Positions 47,157 through 55,597 of a stretch of DNA of 64,000 nucleotides are shown one piece after another. Where the stretch lies: assembly GCA_036803205.1 (NCBI GenBank), contig DAIRUS010000001.1:20290-84289 (forward strand), in the 5' to 3' direction. The notes under the pieces were generated by a model. That model made no database searches and was not told where the DNA came from. It worked only from the letters and a program-made list of their open reading frames with translations. This stretch comes from a bacterium. GTDB lineage: Bacteria > Patescibacteriota > Minisyncoccia > Minisyncoccales > GBS-2. Numbering within the stretch: position 1 is the first letter of the stretch; each line of letters opens with the position of its first letter. Made by a program: the position numbers and the translations under genes.

Positions 47157-47516
47157 ATGTTGGATAAAAATAAAAAATATCTCCAGATTGCCTTAAATAG
47201 CACTCTTGAGGAGGTAAGAGCAGTTATTAATCAAATTCCCTTAGATGAAAGAATTATTATTGAAACAGGTCTCCCCTGATTAAAGCTCACGGCTCGATGG
47301 AAATTAGGCAAAGAATCAGAAATTCCTTTTCACGAGATTGCCAGGATTAAAAATGAATGCGATATTATGGTAGCTATTGCCGGTGGAGATACCATTCAAG
47401 AAGTTCAACAGGCAACTTTTAATGATACCGACATCGTCGTTTCCTGGAAATCTTTTTACCAAAGGACAACTGAAACCATCCAATTAACCGAGGAGTTTTT
47501 GAAAGAAATTAGATAA
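47157..47516 (+). pseudogene. 3-hexulose-6-phosphate synthase / OMP-decarboxylase-family pseudogene (in-frame TGA plus large internal deletion)
   Basis: N-terminus YLQIALNSTLEEVRAVINQIPLDERIIIETGLP*LK matches HPS LQLALD...VDIVEIGTPVIK. In-frame TGA at 47277-47279. C-terminus IARIKNECDIMVAIAGGDTIQEV...TDIVV matches the HPS C-terminal barrel strands. About 110 aa of the middle is missing. Confidence 0.6.
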
Positions 47517-47559
47517 GAGTAAATTGGAACCTTTTAATAATTCTTTTTTCTTTCAACAA

Positions 47560-48260
47560 TTAAAGATTTTATCCCCTCCAAGATTTCTACCGGCAAAGCA
47601 AAAACTATGGTCTTTGATGGGTCAGTTGAAGTTTGTCAATTGTCTGTAAAGTTCTCAAAGATAATCCACCAGGAATTACTCCTAAAATTTCAGCTGCTTT
47701 TTAAAGATTTTCAGATGCTTTCAGTTCTCCTTCTCATTTAATAATTAAGACCCTTCTTTCTCTTTCAGTTTCTGCCTGAGCAGCCATTGTTCTTTTCATT
47801 GCTGCTGGTAACTTAATGTCTTGCATTTTTATTGCCGTAACATCAATTCCCCAGGGATCAGTTTCTGTATCTACCACTTTTTTGATTTCGCTGGCAATTC
47901 TTTCTCTTTCCGTAAGCAAAGTATCAAGCTCTACTCCACCGACAATGTCTCGCATTGCTGCCAAAGCATATTGCGAGGTGGCATAAGAATAATTCTCAAT
48001 TTTTAAAATAGCATCCTCTGCCCTTATTACTCGAAAATAAACGACTGCATTTATTCCTAATGGAATATTGTCTTTTGTAATGGCCTCTTGGCGAGGAATG
48101 TCAACCGTAGTGATTCTCATGTCAACTTTTATCATTCTTTGAATGCCGGGAAAAATCTAACGGAGTCCGGAAGAACAGTTCTGCTATATTTGCCTAAAGT
48201 TAAAACCACTCCTCTTTCCTATTCATTCACTATCCGTAATCCTCGTAACCAAAAAACTAC
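47560..48260 (-). pseudogene. SPFH/band-7 (stomatin/HflK-like) pseudogene with nonsense codons and frameshifts
   Basis: The ORF at 47734-48135 encodes only the band-7 core (VDMRITTVDIPRQEAITKDNIPLGINAVVYFRV...). Homology continues upstream in another frame (ERGVVLTLGKYSRTVLPDSVRFFPAFKE, across a TAG). Downstream it continues through TGA and TAA (LIIK*EGELKASENL*KAAEILGVIPGGLSLRTLQT), then in a shifted frame (SKTIVFALPVEIL). No TM anchor is present. Confidence 0.7.
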
Positions 48261-48325
48261 CAAAAAAACTAAAAAATATACAAGAATCTTCCCCATTAAT
48301 TTATTAAATTTAAACCAATTTTAGA

Positions 48326-48353
48326 TTGCCAACCTTTTGATCATTTGTATAAT
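48326..48353 (+). promoter_or_regulatory. sigma70-like promoter upstream of the UDG gene
   Basis: -35 TTGCCA (48326-48331), 16-nt spacer, -10 TATAAT (48348-48353), 11 nt before the ATG at 48365. Confidence 0.4.
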
Positions 48354-48364
48354 ACTAACAAAAT

Positions 48365-48919
48365 ATGCTAAAAAAAGAAGCGTTAGAAAAATTAAATCAA
48401 AAAATTAGAAGTTGCCGAAAATGTCTTTTATGGAGAAAAAGAAAAAATGTTGTCCCGGGAGAAGGATCTGTTGATGGGAAATTAATGTTGATAGCTCAGG
48501 CGCCAGGTATTGAGGAAGATAAATTAGGCGGTCCCTTTGTGGGGCGAGCCGGCAAACTTTTAAATCATTTGTTAAAATTAACCGGCATTAAAAGAGAAAA
48601 AGTTTTTATTACTTCTTGTTTAAAATGTCTTCCCCAACCACCGATAAATAGAAAGCCCAAAAAAGAAGAAATTGAAAACTGCTTGCCTTATTTAAAAAAA
48701 CAAATTGAAATCATCAATCCCAAAAGATTTATTTTATTAGGCGAGGTTGCTTTTTCGGTATTTTTCCCAAATAAAAAGTTAAAAGATTTTCGAGGAAGAT
48801 GGATTAAAAAAGAGGACAAAGAATTTTTTGTTACCTACCATCCGGCGGCTGGTCTTCGCTTTCCGAAAATCAAAAAAATTTTGGAAAAAGATTTTAGAAA
48901 ATTTGTTTCTGGCCATTAA
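48365..48919 (+). CDS. uracil-DNA glycosylase, family 4
   Basis: SCRKCLLWRKRKNVVPGEGSVDGKLMLIAQAPGIEEDKLGGPFVGRAGKLL, the family-4 UDG signature (GEGP/GE.PG..ED..G.PF.G.AG). Confidence 0.8.
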   Translation: MLKKEALEKLNQKIRSCRKCLLWRKRKNVVPGEGSVDGKLMLIAQAPGIEEDKLGGPFVGRAGKLLNHLLKLTGIKREKVFITSCLKCLPQPPINRKPKKEEIENCLPYLKKQIEIINPKRFILLGEVAFSVFFPNKKLKDFRGRWIKKEDKEFFVTYHPAAGLRFPKIKKILEKDFRKFVSGH

Positions 48920-48989
48920 AATTCATTCATTTCTAAAAAAAGACCATCAACACAAGTTCTCAATCCTCTTTTTGTCGTCCAAGAACCAC

Positions 48990-49790
48990 AAAGCCCTATT
49001 CCGCCTTTAGTTAAAAAACTTAAGGCAAAATAAACTCTTTCTTTTGGCAAAAAAATTTTTTCAATTCCAATTGTTTTTTTCAATCATTTCTTTCGGCCCA
49101 CAATTTAAAATAAAATCACCTTCTTTTTTATTTCCTTTCCCAAAAATTTTAGCCCCAAAACTTTATTTATTTTTTCGTCGGCCCCTCTCTTTCTTTTTTT
49201 AAAATAGGCAAAATCCAAATTTCCTAAAAGTTTAGCCAAAGCCCCTCCTTTAGCTAAAGAACCTTTATCAGGAGCTATTACCTGCCAATCTTTTTTATTT
49301 TTAATGATTTTTTTATTGCCATTGAAAAAGGAAAATAAGCCTCAACCTCTATAAGCTTTATTCCGACTTTTTTGTAAAAATTTTTGATGTCTTTGCTATG
49401 GAGGTCGCAGGTAGTTACTTTTTTTGGTGTCAACTGCGGCCAATAATTTTACCAAAAGTTTTTCCGAGATTGGCTCTTTTTTTTCTGGAGTTGTTTTTTT
49501 ATTTTGTCTTGAGGAGGGTAAAGAAGGAAAAATTAAAATAATTTCTTTTACCCCATTTTCTCTAATGGCTTCGATAATTAAAAGAGTTTCTAAAATTGTT
49601 TTATTGGGATTTGGAGTGGTAGTTTGATAAACAAAAATTTTTTCTGGCTAACATTTTCCAAAAGTTGAACGTAAATTTTCCCACAGGCAAATTTTTTGAT
49701 GATAATTTTGCCAAATTTTAAATTTGCCAATTTAGCTAATTTTTCAGCACTCTTTTTATCAGCGCTCCCAGAAAATAAAATTTTTTCCAT
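48990..49790 (-). pseudogene. prs: ribose-phosphate pyrophosphokinase (prs) pseudogene, multiple frameshifts
   Basis: Minus-strand translations in three different frames match Prs in order. N-terminus: KILFSGSADKKSAEKLAKLANLKFGKIIIKKFACGKIYVQLLENVSQKKFLFI (residual ORF 49590-49790). Then ETLLIIEAIRENGVKEIILIFPSLPSSRQNKK, then VTTCDLHSKDIKNFY, then IAPDKGSLAKGGALAKLLGNLDFAYFKKRKRGADEKINKVLG. Low-coordinate boundary is approximate. Confidence 0.7.
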
Positions 49791-49793
49791 TTT

Positions 49794-50174
49794 CTAAACT
49801 GCTTTATTTTTGTTAACTAAATTTTCTATTGCCATTATGGCAACCTCACAATCGGTAATTAAAGGAACCCCTTTTTCTACTGCTTTTTGCCGAATTAATT
49901 TGCCATCGTTTATTTCCTTAAGGCTTTCTTTTTTTCTGCTTGGAATGTTAATAATTAAATCAAACACTCTCTTTTTTAAAAGATCAGCAATACCCAATCC
50001 TTTTTTCTTTTCTTTTTCAGACATTTTGTAGACCCGAAGGGCACGAATTCCATGTCTTTTTAAAAATTTATGAGTACCTCTTGTGGCATAGAGGACATAG
50101 TTTTGGTTTTGGGCTAATTTTTTAATTGACGGAAGCAAGAGTTTCTTATTTTCAATTCTTCCAACGGAAAGCAA
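49794..50174 (-). CDS. stand-alone MGS-like domain protein (CarB C-terminal / PurH N-terminal type fold)
   Basis: NYVLYATRGTHKFLKRHGIRALRVYK...DLIINIPSRKK...IRQKAVEKGVPLITD resembles the methylglyoxal-synthase-like domain (from memory). 126 aa, no fused catalytic domain. Confidence 0.4.
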   Translation of the reverse strand: MLSVGRIENKKLLLPSIKKLAQNQNYVLYATRGTHKFLKRHGIRALRVYKMSEKEKKKGLGIADLLKKRVFDLIINIPSRKKESLKEINDGKLIRQKAVEKGVPLITDCEVAIMAIENLVNKNKAV

Positions 50175-50177
50175 AAT

Positions 50178-51329
50178 TTATTTTGGAAAAAGAGAAAATA
50201 TAGCTGCCTTTCCATATCTTTTTTCATCCCAATCTCCAGTTTGTCTATTTAAGAGTGAAAAAATTGCCACCTTTCTTATGTCTTTTTCACCAAAAAGATA
50301 TTGAAGAAAGCGTTCATTACCAATACCATAACCAGCATGAGGGTTGGTTAGTTTGTTTTTGATGACATTGAGATACCATTCAAAATCACTGTATTCTCCA
50401 CCACGCTCCAAATGTAATTTAAACATCGTAGAGGTTAACAACCTTTCCCTAAGCTTTTCAAAGTTACACTCTCTAACTGCTGAACCTACTCCTTCTCCGG
50501 CATAAGGAAAGATTACATCAGCAGACAAAACCACTCGCGGATCTTTTGTCCAAACCTTCATATTAAAGAATTTAATTTCTTTTGGGTACTTCATAATAAA
50601 AACAGGAGACTCTTTTTTAAGAGAAGAGATTTTTTTCCTAATTGAGCCGTTATTTAAGTATTGAACAATCAGTGCCTCATGTTCAGCCTTTAAATCGTCA
50701 CCAAATTTAATCTTTGGATAACCATTTTTGTTTAATATTTTGATTGCCTCTTCGTAAGTGATTCTTAAAAATGGTCTTTCAACAGCTTCTTTTAATTTTT
50801 GAGTATTACGCCTATAAACCTTTTCTAGTATTTCTTCATAGTTTTTTAAGATATTTTTTATTGCTGATTTGATAGTAGATTCGATGTGATTTAATAAGGT
50901 TTCATACATTTTGTCTTCATCATATTTTTCCCTATTCATTCCAGCCAAGGTGCAATCAAATTCTTCTTCTGTTAGAAGAAATTGTTTTAAATGACGCTTG
51001 TCCTCTTTTTCTTCGTCTCTGCCAGAATGAATGACCGTCCAAACGCCGGGGAAAGATTGAAGCGCTTGTTCAAGATATAGTTGACCAGTTTGGGCAAAAA
51101 AAAGAGGTAAAGAAAGGCGATTATAAATTCTAAATAAAGTATCGATGTTCTCGCAGGCTCCTGTTATACCAACAATAACTGGTACATCAACGTAGGTTAA
51201 GCTTCTTTTTTGAAATTCAAAAAAACAGCCTTCTTTGAAGGCTTGGCTAATTTTTACTAAGTTGGCGAAATGTTTTTTAAACTCGATGTTAATTTCTTTA
51301 TTTTCGACGTTAAGATTAACTTGTGACAT
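50178..51329 (-). CDS. class IIb aminoacyl-tRNA-synthetase-like catalytic core without an anticodon-binding domain (archaeal-type AsnA asparagine-synthetase-like)
   Basis: Motif-2 region FAQTGQLYLEQALQSFPGVWTVIHSGRDEEKEDKRHLKQFLLTEEEF (compare SPQLYKQ...ERVFEI..FRNE...RHL.EF.MLE). Motif 3 HAGYGIGNERFLQYLFG. No N-terminal OB-fold domain. Confidence 0.45.
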   Translation of the reverse strand: MSQVNLNVENKEINIEFKKHFANLVKISQAFKEGCFFEFQKRSLTYVDVPVIVGITGACENIDTLFRIYNRLSLPLFFAQTGQLYLEQALQSFPGVWTVIHSGRDEEKEDKRHLKQFLLTEEEFDCTLAGMNREKYDEDKMYETLLNHIESTIKSAIKNILKNYEEILEKVYRRNTQKLKEAVERPFLRITYEEAIKILNKNGYPKIKFGDDLKAEHEALIVQYLNNGSIRKKISSLKKESPVFIMKYPKEIKFFNMKVWTKDPRVVLSADVIFPYAGEGVGSAVRECNFEKLRERLLTSTMFKLHLERGGEYSDFEWYLNVIKNKLTNPHAGYGIGNERFLQYLFGEKDIRKVAIFSLLNRQTGDWDEKRYGKAAIFSLFPK

Positions 51330-51508
51330 AGGAGCTAAAAATTTCTCCCCTTTGGGAGTAACAGACCTTTAATATAAGTTTTAGATTTTTCCAGCATAAA
51401 AAAAACTGCCCCTTGGGCAATTTTCTGACTTTCGGGTGCGACTTTTTCTTTTTTTGACACATTTTTAAAAATTTTACTCATCCAAGAATTTTTGTCAAGA
51501 GAAGTAAT

Positions 51509-53128
51509 TCACAGTCTTTTTGTCATGTAAGTATTTTTAAGTTTGTATCCCAATTTTCTAAAATATTCTCTTGCCCCGGTACTAGAAATTGCTACCATTT
51601 TTTTTAAGCCAAATTCTTTTTTAGTGATTTTTTCTGCTTCTTTGATTAATTTTTTTCCCAGACCCTGATGTTGGGGAGCGATTTTTTTGACTCCGATTGG
51701 CACTGACTGGCCAAAAGTTTTAATTTCTCGGATTATTGCCGACTCTTTTAATATCGGCAGAACCGATAAAAGCCGGGTTTCTCTTGAAACAAAAGAGGGG
51801 AGGCGAAGACGGATGAGGCTATAAAGCTTTGTTCTATTTTTATTTTCAAAACTGAGAAAAATTTCCTTTCCGCCAGAAGCCTCATAATCCAGGCGGAAAA
51901 AAGACAGCCTTTCTTTTGGGTCATAATTTTCTTTTACTTCTCGACACCTGATGCATTTACATTGCCATTTTTCTTTTTTTATCTCTTTAGCCAAAATTTG
52001 TCGGATGTTAGAAATTTTTGCTCCACCAGCAATGATTTTTTGAGATGGGATATCTCTAGCAATTCTTTGGATTCTGACATAATAAGGAATTTTCTTTTTG
52101 ATTTTTTTTATAAGCTTGAATAAAGTTTTTTTAGAATAAGGCTTATATTTCCCAGTTTGCCACCACTGATAGAGCGGCGCTTCTTTTAATAAAGCGCAGG
52201 GATAGATTTTTAAATAATCTGGCTGAAAATCAGGATTTTGAAATAATTCCTCAAACATTTTTTCATCTTTTTTTACATTGGAGCCCGGCAAATTCGGCAT
52301 TATTTGATACAAAACCTTAAAACCGGCATCTTTTAAAAATTTGGTTGCCAAAATTGTTTCTTTTACGCCGTGTCCTCGTAAATTTAATTTTAAAACATCA
52401 TCATAAATCGACTGAACCCCCAATTCAACCATAGTTATTCCTAATTTCCTCAACCATAAAATTTCTTTTTCGTTTATAAAATCAGGCCTAGTTTCAATAG
52501 ATAATCCAACAATTCTATGCCTTGCCTTTTCATTTAATTTTTGCGCCCTCTCTAATTCCTGTAAAACAAATGCCATGGCATTTATTTTACAGTTGGATGG
52601 ATTTTTGTTGTTGCAGGCTTGGAAACACCTTTTAATAAACCAGGCTTGATATTTTTTGGGATAATAACTCCAGGTTCCACCGACTATTCTCAATTCAATT
52701 TTATCAGTGGGATGTCCTTCATTTTCTAGCGTTTCAATTCTTTTTTTCACTTGTAGATAAGGGTCGTAATTTAATCTTTTTGCCCTTTCGACGGCTGGCT
52801 CTCCAGAAAGATAGCTTTTGGGAATACCTTTTTCAATTGGACAATAAAGACATTTGCCAGGACAGAGATAGGGCTTGGTTAAAACCGAGACATTAACAAT
52901 TCCAGAAAGAGAACGAATTGGTCGCGTTTTAAGTAACCTTTCAATTCTTTCAGATTTTTTAATTCTTTTCTTTCTGAGTAATTTCTGATAAACTCTTAAT
53001 AGCTCGATATTGCTTGGGCAAGAGATTTTATATTTTTTTGTTACTTCTCTCTTTAAAAAATCCAAATCAACCTCATTTTTTATTCGGCTTTTAATTAATT
53101 CGCTGATTACAAGTTCATTAACATTCAT
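51509..53128 (-). CDS. elp3: Elp3-type radical-SAM/GNAT protein (tRNA wobble-uridine carboxymethyl modification enzyme homolog)
   Basis: Radical-SAM cysteine cluster LCPGKCLYCP. Elp3-like core. C-terminal GNAT motif QHQGLGKKLIKEAEKI. 539 aa. Confidence 0.75.
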   Translation of the reverse strand: MNVNELVISELIKSRIKNEVDLDFLKREVTKKYKISCPSNIELLRVYQKLLRKKRIKKSERIERLLKTRPIRSLSGIVNVSVLTKPYLCPGKCLYCPIEKGIPKSYLSGEPAVERAKRLNYDPYLQVKKRIETLENEGHPTDKIELRIVGGTWSYYPKKYQAWFIKRCFQACNNKNPSNCKINAMAFVLQELERAQKLNEKARHRIVGLSIETRPDFINEKEILWLRKLGITMVELGVQSIYDDVLKLNLRGHGVKETILATKFLKDAGFKVLYQIMPNLPGSNVKKDEKMFEELFQNPDFQPDYLKIYPCALLKEAPLYQWWQTGKYKPYSKKTLFKLIKKIKKKIPYYVRIQRIARDIPSQKIIAGGAKISNIRQILAKEIKKEKWQCKCIRCREVKENYDPKERLSFFRLDYEASGGKEIFLSFENKNRTKLYSLIRLRLPSFVSRETRLLSVLPILKESAIIREIKTFGQSVPIGVKKIAPQHQGLGKKLIKEAEKITKKEFGLKKMVAISSTGAREYFRKLGYKLKNTYMTKRL

Positions 53129-53819
53129 GGAGATTGAATATGCAAAATTCTTATTAGAAAAGACTCGCCGAGATTATAACCTAATTGCCGAAGAGTTTTC
53201 AAGAACAAGAGAAAAGCCATGGGAAGAAATAAGATTTTTATTCGATAATTATCTAAATCCTAAAGAGAAGGTTTTAGATTTAGGTTGCGGTAACGGTCGT
53301 TATTTTGAATTTTTTAAAGAAAAAAATGTTGATTATTTAGGAGTGGATAATTCGGAAAAATTAATAGAAATTGCTAAAAATAAATATCCTTCAGGAAGAT
53401 TTCAAACAGAAGATGCTTTAAGTTTATCATTTCCAAACGAGTTTTTTGATAAGGTTTATAGCATTGCCGTTTTACATCACATTCCCTCAAAAAAATTGCG
53501 ACTCAGGTTTTTAAAGGAGGCAAGAAGAGTTCTTAAACTAAAAGGACAATTGATTTTAACCGTTTGGAAATGCCATCGGCCAAAAGAATTGTATCTATTA
53601 TTTAAATATACAATTTTAAAAATATTTAGAAAATCTAAATTAGATTGGAAAGATATTTTTAAACCGTGGGGAAAAAAAATTGCAAGATATTATCATTGTT
53701 TTTCGGAAAAAGAGTTAAGAGATTTAATTGAAAAATCGGGATTTAATCTAAAAAAAATTGGGATAGTAAAAAATAAAAAAGGAAACAGAAAGAATCTTTA
53801 TTTAGTTGCCGAAAAATAA
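53127..53819 (+). CDS. class I SAM-dependent methyltransferase
   Basis: Motif I VLDLGCGNGRYF. Motif II VDYLGVDNS. Post I/II VYSIAVLHH. Start at MEIEYAKF; its ATG overlaps the divergent elp3 start codon by 2 nt. Confidence 0.65.
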   Translation: MEIEYAKFLLEKTRRDYNLIAEEFSRTREKPWEEIRFLFDNYLNPKEKVLDLGCGNGRYFEFFKEKNVDYLGVDNSEKLIEIAKNKYPSGRFQTEDALSLSFPNEFFDKVYSIAVLHHIPSKKLRLRFLKEARRVLKLKGQLILTVWKCHRPKELYLLFKYTILKIFRKSKLDWKDIFKPWGKKIARYYHCFSEKELRDLIEKSGFNLKKIGIVKNKKGNRKNLYLVAEK

Positions 53820-53822
53820 ATT

Positions 53823-53894
53823 GTCCCTATAGCTTAATGGATAAAGCACAACCCTCCGGAGGTTGGGATCTCCGTTCGAGTCGGAGTAGGGACA
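53823..53894 (+). tRNA. tRNA-Arg (anticodon CCG)
   Basis: Cloverleaf: acceptor GTCCCTA/TAGGGAC. D-arm GCTT-AATGGATA-AAGC. Anticodon stem CAACC/GGTTG with loop CTCCGGA (CCG). T-arm CTCCG-TTCGAGT-CGGAG. Discriminator A. CCA not encoded. Confidence 0.85.
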
Positions 53895-53997
53895 CAAACA
53901 TATAAAATTGAAACTCCAAAAAGATGGTTTTGCCTAATTAAATTTTAGCATTCCTCAGTTAAAGGCTTGACAGGCAATTTTGAAAAATTAAAATAAT

Positions 53998-54126
53998 GAT
54001 GAGGGGGGAAACGAGTTTTTCTCGTTGGGCAACAATTCCCGTTGTTGGAGACAAAAGGATATCCCCAGCGACGCCCAATCTGGGTTCGAACTGAAGTCAA
54101 AAACAACAGGAATTGTATCCTCCCTC
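53998..54126 (+). ncRNA. candidate structured small RNA (unknown class) closed by a long-range stem and followed by an intrinsic terminator
   Basis: GAGGGGGGA (54002) pairs with TCCTCCCTC (54119). Internal hairpins AACGAG-TTTTT-CTCGTT, CAACAA-ttcccg-TTGTTG, GGATATCC, CCCA-atc-TGGG, GTTCGAAC. Not a tRNA cloverleaf. Confidence 0.3.
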
Positions 54127-54175
54127 ACCAAAACCGTTAGAGCAGACCCTCTGACGGTTTTTGGTTCTTTATTTT
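54127..54175 (+). terminator. rho-independent terminator
   Basis: CCAAAACCGTTAGAG-CAGACC-CTCTGACGGTTTTTGG perfect extended hairpin, followed by TTCTTTATTTTCATTTTC. Confidence 0.65.
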
Positions 54176-54203
54176 CATTTTCTAGTGTGCTAAATTAAAA
54201 TAT

Positions 54204-54785
54204 ATGAAATACAAAATAGCTGTTTCTGGAGCAGCTCAAATTAACCATTGCTGCAAAGAAATAATAGAAATTTCTAAGGAAGTTGGCAGAGAAATCGCCA
54301 GACAAAATTGTGTTTTAATTACTGGGGCAACAACCGGCGTTCCTTATTTTGCGGCTTTAGGCTGTCAAGAGGTTGGGGGTTTTTCGGTTGGTTTTTCTCC
54401 TGCCGCTTCTGAAGCCGCTCATTTAAAGACCTATAAATTGCCAGTTGATGCTTTTAATGTGATGATTTATACTGGCGCTGATTATGTGGGCAGAAATGTT
54501 ATTATGACTAAATCGGCTGATGGAGTAATTATTATCTGTGGACGAATAGGAACCCTACACGAATTTGCTACCGCTTTTGAGATCCAAAAACCAATCGGTG
54601 TTTTAGAAGGAAGTGGAGGAACAGCAGATAAAATAAAACAAATTGCTACCGGTCCTTACCGCGGGGTAAAAAAGATTATTTATGAAAAAGATCCAAAAAG
54701 GTTAGTTGAAAGGCTGATTAGAGAGATTAAAAAAGAAAAGCAACTAAACTCAAAAATTCAAAGGTCGAAAAAGTTATTTAAATAA
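54204..54785 (+). CDS. Rossmann-fold nucleotide-binding protein of the LOG/DprA-like (SLOG, TIGR00725-like) family
   Basis: KIAVSGAAQ...VLITGATTGVPYFAALG...IICGRIGTLHEFATAFEIQKPIGVLEGSGGTADKI pattern (from memory). Confidence 0.4.
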   Translation: MKYKIAVSGAAQINHCCKEIIEISKEVGREIARQNCVLITGATTGVPYFAALGCQEVGGFSVGFSPAASEAAHLKTYKLPVDAFNVMIYTGADYVGRNVIMTKSADGVIIICGRIGTLHEFATAFEIQKPIGVLEGSGGTADKIKQIATGPYRGVKKIIYEKDPKRLVERLIREIKKEKQLNSKIQRSKKLFK

Positions 54786-54791
54786 ATCATT

Positions 54792-55046
54792 ATGAATGAG
54801 GAAGGAAAATTAATTGGTAGGGTCGCTCACTATTTTGGTAAAATTGGAGTGGCGGTGGTTGAATTATCTGATAAACTAAAAGTTGGTGAGACTATTCGGA
54901 TCGTTGGCGGAGAAACCGATTTTAATCAAACGGTTGAATCGATGGAAATTGAACATGAGAAAGTTCAAGAGGCAAAAGCCGGAGATTCAGTAGGGCTAAA
55001 AGTTAGTCAAAAAGTTAAGGAAGGCTACAAAGTTTATAAGCTATAA
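54792..55046 (+). CDS. small beta-barrel protein resembling EF-Tu domain 2 (stand-alone)
   Basis: IGRVAHYFGKIGVAVVELSDKLKVGETIRIVGGETDFNQTVESMEIEHEKVQEAKAGDSVGLKV resembles translation-factor domain-2 barrels (from memory). Confidence 0.35.
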   Translation: MNEEGKLIGRVAHYFGKIGVAVVELSDKLKVGETIRIVGGETDFNQTVESMEIEHEKVQEAKAGDSVGLKVSQKVKEGYKVYKL

Positions 55047-55138
55047 TTTAAACAATCCGAATTTATATCGGATACTCAGAAGAAAAATTAAAGATATTCT
55101 TATAATTCGGGCACTATTCCTAAATTCGGATTGATTTT

Positions 55139-55570
55139 ATGGAATTTTTTTTCCAGTTAATTTTGGCTATTTTTTTGGGAGCTTTTATTGGTTTGGAAAG
55201 AGAAATTAAAAGAAAAGAGGCCGGACTGAGGACTTATAGTTTAGTGACCTTAGGAACTTGTCTTTTTACTATCATCGCCTTTGAGTTATTTAACTTTTAT
55301 GAAGGGAAAGTTGGTATTGTCCTTGATCCTTCGCGAATCATTCAGGCAATCGCTACCGGAATTGGTTTTATTGGAGCGGGAGTAATTTTCCGGCAAGGCG
55401 AAGGGATTATTGGTTTAACTACCGCTGCCGGGCTTTGGGTGGCAGCAGCTATCGGAGTCGCTATTGCCGTAAAATTTTATTCTTTAGCTATTTTCACTGC
55501 TTTTTTAACAGTTTTTGTCCTCTCTATCTTTGGACTTTTAGAAGAGAAGGTTTTGAAAACGAAAGGATAA
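55139..55570 (+). CDS. MgtC/SapB family membrane protein (transmembrane domain only)
   Basis: LILAIFLGAFIGLEREIKRKEAGLRTYSLVTLGTCLF...IATGIGFIGAGVIFRQGEGIIGLTTAAGLWVAAAIGVAIA. Confidence 0.75.
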   Translation: MEFFFQLILAIFLGAFIGLEREIKRKEAGLRTYSLVTLGTCLFTIIAFELFNFYEGKVGIVLDPSRIIQAIATGIGFIGAGVIFRQGEGIIGLTTAAGLWVAAAIGVAIAVKFYSLAIFTAFLTVFVLSIFGLLEEKVLKTKG

Positions 55571-55597
55571 ACTACCAGCTTAGAAATAACAATAGTT

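Noticed and set aside
47157-48260. Two adjacent genes interrupted by in-frame TGA with homology continuing downstream. I considered whether TGA is reassigned (code 25, TGA=Gly, as in SR1/Gracilibacteria).
   Set aside because: rpmH ends on TGA exactly at the conserved L34 C-terminus (RLTV). fpg ends on TGA at its canonical terminus, with the ATGA start of holA overlapping it. The band-7 remnant also contains TAA/TAG and frameshifts. Standard code with pseudogenisation fits better.
54060-54110. GGTTCGAAC-containing stretch (plus) or TTCGAACC (minus) that looked like a tRNA T-arm, suggesting a second tRNA or tRNA-like 3' end
   Set aside because: Flanking bases do not form a 5-bp T-stem on either strand, and no acceptor, D or anticodon arms could be assembled. 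The feature is retained only as part of the generic structured-RNA candidate.
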